From Pelomyxa schiedti (taxonomy: Eukaryota > Protista > Evosea), in NCBI GenBank assembly GCA_020536535.1, contig JAHLWZ010000004.1, forward strand, positions 124,001 through 188,000: a stretch of 64,000 nt of DNA, read 5' to 3'. Shown here piece after piece: positions 11,741-23,400 of this stretch (its first letter is position 1; every line of letters starts with the position of its first letter). Both the position numbers and the translations under genes were made by a program. The notes below the pieces were generated by a model. That model was not told the origin of the DNA. It searched no databases and saw only the letters and a program-made list of their open reading frames with translations.

Positions 11741-14700
11741 TCACGATTTATCCTTGCCCTTTGAGCTACTGCTGCTGGATTTGTGTTGGTGCTTGTGCTT
11801 TCTCTTATGTTCTGAGGATGCACTGTCACTGCCTGATTGTGCCTTAGCCTTGTCCTTCTTGTCTTTACCTTTGCCCGCGTGCTTTTGCTTGGCCATTGCG
11901 GCGGTGGCTTCATCATCCTCATCGAGATTTGATACTGTGGGGGATGATATAACCAGCATGTTGTCTGTCACTAGCAAGGGGGCTGAAGGTGGTGGATTCG
12001 TGTAAACGTAGGCACAATTGTTGGCTTTGCTTGCACTCCCGGCTTTGCGGTACAAAGCCATGGGAACGTAGCCCTTGTCACAGCATAAAGTCACCACATT
12101 TGCCCATGATTGGTCCTCACCATCCTGTTTGGCAATAAGAAAAAGCCAAATTTCACAGAGCTCCACATACAGTTATTTTTTTCCTTATAGAGGCAGGGAG
12201 AGGAATATTGATCACAACTCCGCTTGCTTCATCACCAGGCAACTGCACTGTGTTAATTCAATAAGAGAATTATGGAAACTACGTAAGTTGAGGTTGGAAT
12301 AAAACTTTCAAATAATGGGAAGTAATGCTCTCCAAAGTATTGCTGGAATGATTAAGTGCTTAAAAGATGAAATAGAGACAGAAACTTTAACAACAAAAGA
12401 CCGAATACTCTCCCCATTTATTATAGAACCTTCAGCTACCAGGGCATTTTCCTTAAATGACTCATTGTCTTGCGCAAAGTACTTGATATTGCTCACAAAG
12501 GCTGGGTTTTGGAGAGAGTTAAGGGATAAAAAAAAATTCAAAGGGACTTACCAAGTTCTACTATTACATTGGGGCGAGTTGACAGATCAGAGTGTGCCAA
12601 CTCTTCATCAATAAACTGTTTAGCAAGAATTCCAAGCTAGCAGAGTTAATTCGATCTTTTGATTCTTAGGTCATACAGAATCTGCTGATAAACCACTGGA
12701 GCGTAAATCAGGTAAAACAAGAACAGTGCTAGCAGACTTAATATTGACTCGAACAAGATCAATTGGATTAGTGGCAGTGCCCTGTTCACTGATGTGAGTT
12801 GTCGTTTTCTTCTTGCGGCCAACCAACCTTCACATAGGATACATTTGTAAAGCAGTCACTTTTATGGGTGGGTGCGGATATTGGTACTGGGCATAGAACA
12901 ACAATTGGTGGGGGTGTTTGGACACTTCGGTTACGTATTGACATAATAACTTCAGTTACCCTGGAAACCCCATCAGAAACCTCAATTATACTAAATGCAA
13001 GTACCATTCTGCACATGGGGAACATATCACAATGTGACCAGACATATCAATAACACCTTCCAATTGCTCCTCGATCAGGAAGGTATCTGTGGATATCTAA
13101 AGCATAATGAGTAAAGACTGACATGCAAGCGTTTCACCATTTCAGCAGTCTGTGTTAACACTGCACTTGCTATATCAATTGATGAAAAAGAGGGCATCCA
13201 ACCGCCTATATCAGAAGAGTTAAGGTCGCATCTCTTGAGTGCGTCAGCAATGATTCCACCCTCACTAACAGAGGCCATTGATATTCTTGGTCCAGTGTCA
13301 GTTGCTTCATTTGGCATGTATTTTTCTTCAGCTTGTCCAGATTTCAGCACTCTCAGAACTTCCTTTACTTGGTCTGGGTCTGTTGCAAGAACAAAGCACA
13401 GCTGGCCTTTCTCAAGCAGCAAACTTTTACCCGGATTGAGGATAACCTTTTACTGCTTAATGTTAGGTGTTTTTTATTGCCTACGAACTTTGGTGCGGTG
13501 GTATCCATCTGAAGATTTCATTGTAACAATGGCACCAAACAAAAGAATTTGATAGTTCAAGTAGAGGTACTGCAACATGTAAGGTTTAAGGAAGAAGATA
13601 TTTACAAACCTTAACAACTTCCGGGAAGCTTTTCCTTGCAAGAACTTCAGGTACTTTGAAGCGATAAACCTCATAAGAAGTGCCATGCACTGTTCTTAAC
13701 GGTAAAACAGGGAAAATGTAGTGAGTACATACAATATTCTACTAACCAAGGCTTTGTTTCATCCACATCCGAATCCCCAGAAGTGACAAATAAATTGTGA
13801 ACCAAAGTGGAGAAGCCAGGACAAATTGCTGAGTAGCCAACCAGACTCTGGGTAGCGTCATGGAGGGAAAAAAAATGCTTAGTCACATGCATACTTTTTG
13901 GAGACCAGTAATAGAGTGAATGGCTTCGATGTTTGAACCCTCAGGAATTTTTGCCTTGTTGGTATTGAATCTTCGGCATCACAAAAGAATTGTACAAACC
14001 AGGCTCCATTTGCTTTTCAAGGAGAGGAAAATGCGTGTAGTACAGAATTTGCGAATTGCCAATGCTGCCAGAATTGTTGCTGCCAGAAAAAGTTATGTGG
14101 TGAAAAAGGAAATGAAAGAACAATCATCAAAGTCCTCCTCATAATCAGCTTCTGTCAAAATGAAAACGCCCAAACAACTTGGAGATGTGATTCTTGCCCG
14201 TTCCATGTCAGAGACGTTCTGTTATTAGACTTAGAAGGTGTTTTTGAAGGTCCTCAGTTACCAAAAGACTTCCACATAAAAATGTAACCTGCTTGTTGTA
14301 ACCACTCCGATTACAGAGATAAAAAAAAACCATACCCGTTTCTTGTAAAAGCTTTCTGAGTGCAACAACTCGAGAAGAGCTGGAGGAGGGTCTTCTGGGG
14401 ACATTACAAGGGTGTCACAGTCTTGGTTGTCGTTTTCCTGAAACGTACGTTATGAGGTATAACGAGAGAAATGTACTTCGTGATAGAATTCAGAAAGAAA
14501 GTCAGCAAGTAGATCAAAATGTAGTGGTCCGTTACTACCCTTTGGAATTTAAGTAATATTACTTCAAACTGGAAACAATACCTCGCTTGTGACGACTACG
14601 TGTTTCTTTGTTTTACCCATAGTTCCAGCAAACTTTGGTTGCTTTCCCAGAAGGGCTGAAAGAGATGACACCTTGAGAGGTACGAGAGACAGTGCAACAC

Positions 14701-15811
14701 CAATGGAGGCTACGCAAACAAACATGCCCAGCTCTTTTGGTTAAGTGATGTTTAATTGGTATAAAGCTGAATATAAGTGGTACCGTTCTTCCGGGATGAA
14801 TAGTCTCCATACCCAACTGTAGATAATGTCTTCAAACCATTTTAGCAACCAAGAAGGGAAGAAATAGTACTAACCACAAAACCCCAATATACACAATCCC
14901 AGTATTTTAGGTTTGGGTAGTCATCTGGATTATGCATGACAACATAGAAGAAACCAGCACAAACCAAGGGGAGGCAAATTATCATATACAGTACTTTAGC
15001 TAATTCGTACTCGAAATCTCGTATCTTGTCTGGAGGTTTTTGGGCTTAAGCCAATACAAAGGAGCATGAGGATGAATCGTACTCAGAGGCCATTGTGAAT
15101 GGAAGGCATCCCAAACGAGAACAGCATATAGAACTCTCATAAAGTTCAACTGAGTGTAGTCATATTGCTCAATATAGACAACAGAGGCCGAACTGGCAGA
15201 CCCAAGGCTCACAGACGAAGCAACAACGTCTGACGTTGGGTCTGCGATTGCAACAAGCATTGGAACGATAGTTACAACATCAAATAGTGTCTCCCAATTA
15301 GGAAAAATGGCGAAATACCTTTCAACAATTGTTAGGAAAACCATGCCGTCAACGAAACGCAAAGGAATGAACGAACCAAACAGGAGAAGCAACAATCCTA
15401 ATGGACATATTTATGATGCACAAAACGGCGGTAGCAAAGTCTATAGCCAAAGTGGCCCTCGTCTGGCCCCGGTAAGTCTCCCAAACAAATAAACAAGCGC
15501 TGAACACGTTGATCAGAAACATCACAAATGCCCATATTCGAAACACAGGCGAGTGCCCGTTGGTCAAAACCCATTTGATTTTGGCAACAACACTGGACTC
15601 CAATGCCGCTTTGTCATATCTAATGTCGAAGGAAAAAAACATGTTGTTAGAGTAGCATTGTTACGGGGGGACAAAAAAAAAAAAAGTAACGCCCGAACAA
15701 TCGTATGCCGCCACAAAATACTCACATTGCAGATTCCTGTTTTAAGTACTGCAGCTTGAGGAACGCATTGCCTGGGTCACTTACGTATCCAATGCCCTTC
15801 TCCTGTTCCAT
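11741..15811 (-). CDS. Calcium-activated BK/Slo-type potassium channel with RCK domains (multi-exon)
   Basis: Several hydrophobic helices. The pore splices as YWGFV|TLSTVGYGD (selectivity filter at 14803-14820). RCK motifs SAICPGFSTLVHNLF...PWLVEY, GSIINGESIRSF, SSDIGGWMPSFSSIDIASAVL, VYTNPPPSAPLLVTD. ATG at 15811 (MEQEKGIGY). Confidence 0.9.
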
Positions 15812-16021
15812 GGTTTAAATTCAACCCGCCGAAGTGCTTTTTTCACCGAGCATTTCCCGTAACTCCTGGGGTGTCCAGATCCAGAAACCCCCCCCCGCCA
15901 GAGCTGACAAGCAGGTGTTTCGTGCGTAGTGACAACAAGCTCTTCTCAGTGTTTGAACTCTTGGCTCTGAAGTGGCTAGGTTTCCATCTCAAGATAATAG
16001 ATCCGCGTCCACATTACCGAA

Positions 16022-18573
16022 ATGAGCAGCAACGCAAGGGACCAGGCAGGCGTATCCGAACGGGGAGCCGAGTCCTGCGCGAGCAACAACGGCACCCCCG
16101 TCGCCGATTCTCCACACGACGTCGCACCCTCTGTCTCTGTCTCTACCTCGGCGCCAGCAGCAGCAGCACGAAGCACAGCGAGCAGCAGCGCGGCGCAGGA
16201 CGACGAGGCGCCCCCGTTACCGCTGAAGCGCCAGGACCAACCACGGCGAGAGGACCCAGCAACACCTAAGCGAGCCCGAGTGACCGTGACCCCCCATGCC
16301 TCCGACGCCTTGGACTTGAGGGTGAGGCCTCGGCACGTGACCGCCTTGCTCCCTAAGTATTCAAACAGCCAGACAGCCACAAAGTCGTTGTACGAGTCCG
16401 TCGGGCAGCGGCTGCGAGGTCGCGGCGACGCCGGGCTGCAGGCTCTGGAGAGTGCCTTTCTACTTGCCCACAGCAAGGTAAAGGAAGCTTTGGATCCATA
16501 CCCATTTGTTTTCCTTTGCGGTTCTTCAGGTGTTGGGAAGACCCAACTGGCCTTTGCTTTGAAGAGAACCACAATGTGTGTACTCCCCATTTAAAGATTG
16601 GTGTGACAACGAAAGTAGATATGTGCCTCTGCGTTCCTCAGGGCAGTTCGACCAGCGAATATATGGCCTATTTTCATCTTTCAGTGAGTCACTGATTTCA
16701 TGTGTTAACCGAGATCTGGAAAGTATAAATATTCAGCAGCTGGATCAAGTAATAAGCACCAAGTCTTTGGCAACGATGAACCTATTTACGTTTGCGTGGG
16801 TAAAATGGATCCTAGATCACAAGGAAATGAATTGGCCATGGTGTGCCGCTCAGGAGGAGTTTGATATTTCCCTTTCAAAGCCCTGCCCAATAACAGAGAT
16901 AGAGGGTCTTTTTATGGATATGCACAGCTCTGAAGTTCCATGCTTTTTCATAGATGAAGCTGATTTAAAGGAACAGCAGCACTTGTTTATAAGGAATGCT
17001 TTACGTGCATGTGGAGCCTCCCCAATTCTCTGCGGGTCTAACCTGAACATTGCCAACTGTAGTAGTTCTCTCCTAAAGACCAATACATCTACCGCTCTGG
17101 AGCCTTTAACTTGGTGCCTTCTGGTCAATAAGAAGTCTTTCACAGTTCTTTCATCCTCCATTACTGGAGCACAACCAATTTTCGATGCTCTGTGTCACAT
17201 ACCAACTGTTCGAGACTTTTTGGAGTATCTAATCACCACAAGCAGACCTCGAATTGCACACTGTATTGTGAAAACCCTCTTAGAGCTAGTGAATCCTTCC
17301 CTGTCCGATCCTTGCCATATCCCCCAAACAACGAAAGCAACCAGCCCTACAAACGGGTTGGCATTCAATGTAATTGAGGTGTCTGATTTCTTGAACATCT
17401 TATGTGATGCGCTCTTCAAATTCATATGGAATACCAAAGCCTCTATTTACCTGACTCTGGAGGGACGAATTGCCCAAATGGCACTGTTTTGTGCAGCATG
17501 CCACTTGAATTCTACCACCGCAAACAACACACCTCCGGAAGACGTAAGTCAGCAATTCGTCTCTGGACATTTTGCCCACCTCCATCTGCAAGAAGGCGTG
17601 CATCGGATCGATTTAATGACCAATGGCTACCTATACCTAAGTGAAATTTTGGATTATCCCTTCAATCCCACAAGTTATTTCCCGAAACCAGACGCGGAGC
17701 TCTGGATTCATCTCTGCCTCCTTGGAACCAAAAGCTGGGCACCACTTTATAATGAGGCAAAAAGGGCAACAACAGTGCGATCCGCTTTCTATGATGTTAC
17801 CCACACCAAAGGGGGCCTCTTTGCCATTGGCAATATCAACGCACAAACTTCTAGCGGGAATTACTTGGAACAGGCAGCTAGCATTGCCGCCTGTGTAGCC
17901 TCACGTGGCCTTGGTTTCACAAAGGAAGGCCTGAGTGCCAATGACTTTCTTGGCTTCTTCTTGAGGCACCTATTGCCTCCACCACCCTCTGAGTCGCACA
18001 ATAAACCCCCAGTCAAAATTGAAATCGCCAATCGCCTTGAAGAATTCTGCCCTTGCCTCGCCCACTCTTCCAGCTCCAAGGTGAGAGACCCTCCTACGCC
18101 TAGCTTTACAGGTGTTGGTGTAATGCCTCCCCCAAACCTGACTTGGCCACCAAATTTCCTTGTACTTCAAGACTTGGGTCTCAAACTCAGCACATTGGAG
18201 CGTGTAGCTGATGCCCTGCGAGTGGATTCTGTCATTGACAATGGGTTCATAACCATCGAATGCAAGAACAAAGTTGTTGACACACGTGATCTGTGTGATA
18301 TCCTCGACCGCATCAAGGAGCACACACATGGTGTTTGCCGTGTGTAAAACCCTGCGTGGTTCCTACTTCACCAGGGATTCAACACGAGATGAGTACGTGG
18401 AATCAGAGACCGCGATCGTTCGTGCTGTAGTGCTGGATTCAAATGCAACTAGGGCCGAACTTCGCCCTGAGCCCCTCTTTCCCAACCCCAAGCCGGACCA
18501 CACTGACCGCCTCCTCGTTCTGCTGGAAGTTGGCGATATGGAAGCTGTGAATGGCTGTCCTGACGGGGAGTGA
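16022..18573 (+). CDS. Crinkler (CRN)-type effector-like protein: P-loop NTPase plus PD-(D/E)xK restriction-endonuclease-like domain; apparent +1 frameshift near 18321-18328
   Basis: Walker A GSSGVGKTQLAFAL. A 43-nt GT-AG intron at 16576-16618 joins the two ORFs into ...KRTTIYVPLRSSGQFDQRIY. Walker B FFIDE; TSRPRIA; C-terminal RVDSVIDNGFITIECKN. The homologous-looking tail HMVFAVCKTLRGSYF...DRLLVLLEVG is in the +1 frame and ends at 18573. Confidence 0.72.
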
Positions 18574-18994
18574 CGGACACTTTCATAGCGAAATAAAAAG
18601 GGAACAAAGTTGTGGCAAGTGCTTTTTCAAGAGCTTCAAGCCCCTTGATCATACTCATCTCTCACCGCAAGAGTGTTTATTTATTTTGGTTGATCTGGTG
18701 GAAGTGTTGTCGCTTATAAGCCCAGGTTCTTCCTATGAATTCCGAGTATTCAGTGGACCCCACAGCACAGCATCCCGTGTCAGATCCAGTGTATGTAGTA
18801 TGTTGGAAAGAAATAAACAGAGGGATAAATAAAGGCAGGAATTCAGCACAAAACAACACAAATTTGGCACAATCGAGGGCATTGCCAGCTCCCACACATA
18901 ACGGAACAGCGGCACAGAACCATGCTTCCTTTTCACTTTTGTAAACGAAAACTAAAAAAAACCCTCTATTAGTCAAAACAGAGCTGGCTGAAAA

Positions 18995-20330
18995 TTAGGG
19001 ACTGTTGGGGTATGAACCCCGTATCAGCCAGTAGAGCAAGTCGTAGTAAGGACGGTACTCCGGATTCTGTCCCATTGTTGTGAAGTCGTTGGCGTAGTAG
19101 AATGTAAGCATAGCCTGTGTGTTGAAATGGTACCTTTTAGTTTCCGAGGTTAGTTGTGAAAATTGCAGATTGCAGTGCAGAAATTGAAATATATGTCTGT
19201 GTATGAATGCTTACGCGACTGAGGCGTTCAGATATGCCATGAAATTGGTCTGCCAATCTGGTACGTTTGGGTTCCACTCGTCAAGTGATATCTCCAGCTC
19301 CATACCCATATGCATCTGCGTGGCAACTTCCGCCACCTACTAACAATTAGAGATTGGAGGTACATGAAATGCCATTCCTGCTCAAACCGCTCCTCAGTGA
19401 CGTTGTAGAATGCATATCCAGGCTGCATGGATACGACATCAAAGCCATAGGTTGACAGATATTCCAATCCCCCAGCACCATAGAACGGAATCCAGTGAAA
19501 TCCATAATTGCCACTGAGGGAGTGTATGTACTTCCCAACGGTAGATATAAGCACACGCTCATCCTCGTTATCATCAACGCATTCCAGATACCTTTAAGCA
19601 TGAGAATTGATGCCATAGTTTCCAGTCAAAGGAATTAGTTCATTAATAAGGCTGGGTGGAAAACAAACCAGTAAAATCCCATTAACCGTGTATGCTTAGG
19701 TGGGGCTGCTGCCCACATAGATATTATGCCGTCAATGTACCACTCACATGCCGTGATACGGTCATCATTGCTATGCATAAAATCAATAGCTTGTCCATTT
19801 ATGGTGCCCCAGTTGTCTTGGGTCCTATCCGGATAAGGAATCATAAACACCACGCCCATGTCGATTCCCATATCCAGGTCAGTCTTAACCGCACCCTGGG
19901 CTTCATCAATGTTGTACACCCCAGCATCGAACTGCAGCTGCCTGTACTCCTCCCAATCAGTCTGATTCATAGGAACCTCACCCTCCCCCGGCCAGAACAT
20001 CTTCCCGTCCTTCCACTCATAAGCAATCAGCAGCAGCGAGTCAAACATCCTGTCGACAGTGACACCACTTGGGTCCTTGTACCCACACAGCCACTGGAAC
20101 CTCTCCCCAGACCACACAAAGTTGGGGTCACCCTCCAGTGTCCTTGCATCCATATACGCCAGTCCCATTCTCCCAGTCCACATTGATGCTTTGCTATATG
20201 GGGGCTGATACCCCGGCGTATTCGGCTCCGGATTCCAACATTCAGGAAATCCCAATGCCACACGAAACGCGAAAAAACTTGCTATTGAAAGTGTCGTCCA
20301 AAGCCGAATTTGATCGCCGTTTGGCTTCAT
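18995..20330 (-). CDS. Secreted DUF4855-family (bacterial-type, glycosidase-like fold) protein with introns
   Basis: N-terminal hydrophobic signal. Motifs MFDSLLL, VVFMIPYP..QDNWGTINGQAIDF..NDDRITACEWYID, LMGFYW|YLE, FHWIPFYGAGG, GFDVVSMQPGYAF, MGMELE, YYDLLYWLIRGSY match the DUF4855 motif order as I recall it. TAA at 18995-18997. Confidence 0.8.
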
Positions 20331-20467
20331 TTTGGTTGTTATGATGTTTCGTGAAGGAAGACAAGAACAAAAGAAAGGGAAAACTGGAAAAAAAAAATTT
20401 TGTTTAAACAGTTTATGTATACTAGTTCCAGTCAGTATTTTACAACCAAAATGACTGCAGAATATTC

Positions 20468-23400
20468 TCAGTCCTCTAAATATCTGTACTCAAATGTGAA
20501 TTCTGTCTTCTTTCTCTGACACCACCCTGATTCATAGTCAAAGTAACGGTATGTCCCTTGCTCATATTCGGGTGTTATCTCCTTTGGAGCCTCATGGCGC
20601 TGAAACCACGTCAAATACTTCTTGTGGTAATGCCACTCTAATTTCTTCAATTGCTCTGCAGCAAGGTACCTGTCTGCGTGTTAGAGAAACAGGAATTCAA
20701 ACAAAGAAGAGAGGTTACTGTTGGTAGGTGCCCTGTTGAAGATAAAAAATGAAGAACAAGGTGTCCGTGTCAAACTTTTCGAATGTTGCCGGATTGTCAA
20801 AAATAGGCAGTGGTCTTGTTGGAAACCACGAAGGTAAATCATGCAGTTCTCTCCGCTGCTGCTCTGGTCTGCACAGGATCAAACGTCAGGCTCCGCATTA
20901 CGCAAATTCAGGTGGTACCTATCTCTTGCCTCCGGAATATTCCTAAAGCTACACTCAAGTGTGCACAGATCTGAAGATGTACTGTGAGAAATGACTTTCA
21001 CGATTTAGAATACCTTGCTTCAAATCGGCTGGTCTTTCATCAGCTGATCCCTTTAAATAAATGAGTCTAAAAAGAAATACCAACCTGGTAAAGGAGGGGA
21101 CGACGGAGTGACAGGTGAAAGTTCAGTTGGATATGGTAATGGTTGGCCTATTTGTTGTTCAAGCAGTTGCTGTTGCTGCTGGAGTTGCAATATACGTTGT
21201 TGTATTTGTTGTTGTTGTTGTTGTTGCTGTTGCATGAGCGACTGTTGCATAAATAGTTGTTGGGCCTGTTGCATTCGGAGTTGAGATGGTACTGTGAGGC
21301 TGGGTTGGCTTGGAGAGCTATTGGTAATTTGTGTGGTAGCTGTCTGCACCCCCAAGTTGTTTATTGTATCTGGTGGACTCATTAGATCGATTGAAGTTCT
21401 GAAGGGGTCAGTGCTACTATCATCCGAATTGGAGTCCGAATTGGAGTCAGACGCTAACCCAGAATCCAAGCTTGGTGCTTCTTGTTTTAATGGCGGGGTT
21501 GTTTGTGAGGCCTTTAGACTGAGTGCCAAACCACTGGATTTTTGTGTTGTTGGGGTCATTATTTGCTCCGTGTTAACTATGGTAGTTTGTATTTCTTGAA
21601 GGAGTCGTGGAGATGGAGAGGAGAAGGAGGTAGTTGTTGGGGAACTTTCTACTGTAGTTGCGTTGTGTTCCATTTGAGTTATTGGTGAAGTGCCACCTTC
21701 CGACGCACCTACGAAAGTCATGAGATCAGGAAGAGTTGTGATATGTCAACCTGTTTTGAATGGTTTAGAGGGCAAAAGGTCACTGTCTGTATTCTTATTG
21801 TTGGAAGTTTGGGGCTGTGGGTTTACATTGCCTTCATCTGGTTTATTTGGTTGTAAAGAGGCAACACAGGCATTTTTTTGTGTTGAGTTTGTTGCAGTCC
21901 CTGGATCTCGAGTTAAAAGTGGTACTTCCTTGGTACAATCCTTTTTGGCACTTGCCACGCCCTCAGTTGCAACTGTAAAATCAGTTGAACTTTCAGAATT
22001 TGTGAGAGGTGGGGCAGTGGATGAAGATTTATTGGTTACATCTGGTGCAGCAGAAACTCGGATTGGCGGAGATGGTGATGGAGTAACACACGGTGAATGA
22101 TTTGGAGAAGAGGTGGCATTAGAACTGTCGTTTGAAATAAGGACAGACACAGTTGGTGGAGAGGATGCAGAAAGAGATTGTGAAGAAAGGATCATGTCAC
22201 GAGAAAGAACCTCATCTGGAGAGGAAAACGGGGTTGAGGTGGAGGTGGATGGAAATGCCCCGGTGGTTGTATCAAATGGTGTTGAGTTACTGGAAGAAAC
22301 GGGTGAAGTTAGTGTTGGATTCGACGGGGTAGTAGACACGACTATACCATCAGAAGATTTTACCTTATTAATGTTTAGTAGACTTCAGACAACCCCAAAA
22401 TACTTTGTTTTTTTTGGAATGAGAATGTACCTGAAGAGAATTCATTCCTCCTAGTGTTTGTTTTGATGGAGGGTGGAAGACAGATGACGGAAGAGGTGTA
22501 GATGGTGGCACCTGGGGGCCCAGTTGCACTGAAGAGCGAGTGGTTGTGCTCTCCTGTGAATTTGGACTCGTGTGGGAGAGGGTTTGCTGTGCAAGATGTG
22601 GTTGGGATGCAGATTGCTGTGAGGAAGACGTTACTGAATTCTTTTGCGAATTATGGGTTGTTGAAGAGCTGGTTGTGTTTGCCTGTTGTCTTAATGGTTG
22701 GGACAAAATCGGATGTGAACCTTGTGGATGGAGTGCCTGTGGGTGGATTGGAAGTTGAGCAGACGGGATTTGGTGCATCTGAGTGTGTGATGTTGCAGTT
22801 TGCTGGAGAACATTAATTTGTGTTGGAGATGCTGCCTGGGACACATTGGTAGTTTGGGGGGGGAGGGAAATGGATAGAGGTAAATGTGGTGAAGAGACTG
22901 GAGACAGTGTAGGGCTGTGAGGTTTATTTGATAGGAAAGATATAGGCGATCCAAGAATGGGAGATGATGGGGGAGAAAATGGAGGACTCTGGGTCAGAGT
23001 TAGTGAGGGTTAAAGTGTTATTTTGACCTGGGGAGATGGTAACCGCCCAGGGCCAGTCATCAGTACAGAATTGGGCTAAAATAATTTAATCGTAATATAG
23101 ATTCATTGGGCATACAGGCGGGCTCCCTGGTATATTTCTTGGGCCACTGATGTCTGCAGACCCTGTAGGAGTACATTTTAGCGCACATCATATACCTTTT
23201 GGATTACCAGTGCGAGAGAAGCCTGCACTTCGCGGAGGGGATACTGGAGATGAGGGTCGGAGATGGGGAGAACTGGGCTTTAAATTTGGACTTTTTGGCT
23301 GTTGCTGTTGAAGGAAAAGTTGTTTCTGTTGTTGGACTTGAGCTGCAAGTGCAGTGGAGCCAGGTGGAGTAGAGTTTGCTGGCATAAGAGGGAACGACGG

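Noticed and set aside
12789-12842. U12-type intron in the BK channel gene (donor GTATCCT)
   Set aside because: The donor continues ATG rather than TT/TY, and there is no TCCTTAAC branch; it fits a U2-type intron.
18574-18994. Short ORFs (67-99 aa) between the Crinkler and DUF4855 genes
   Set aside because: No motif or convincing splice pattern; probably UTR/intergenic sequence.
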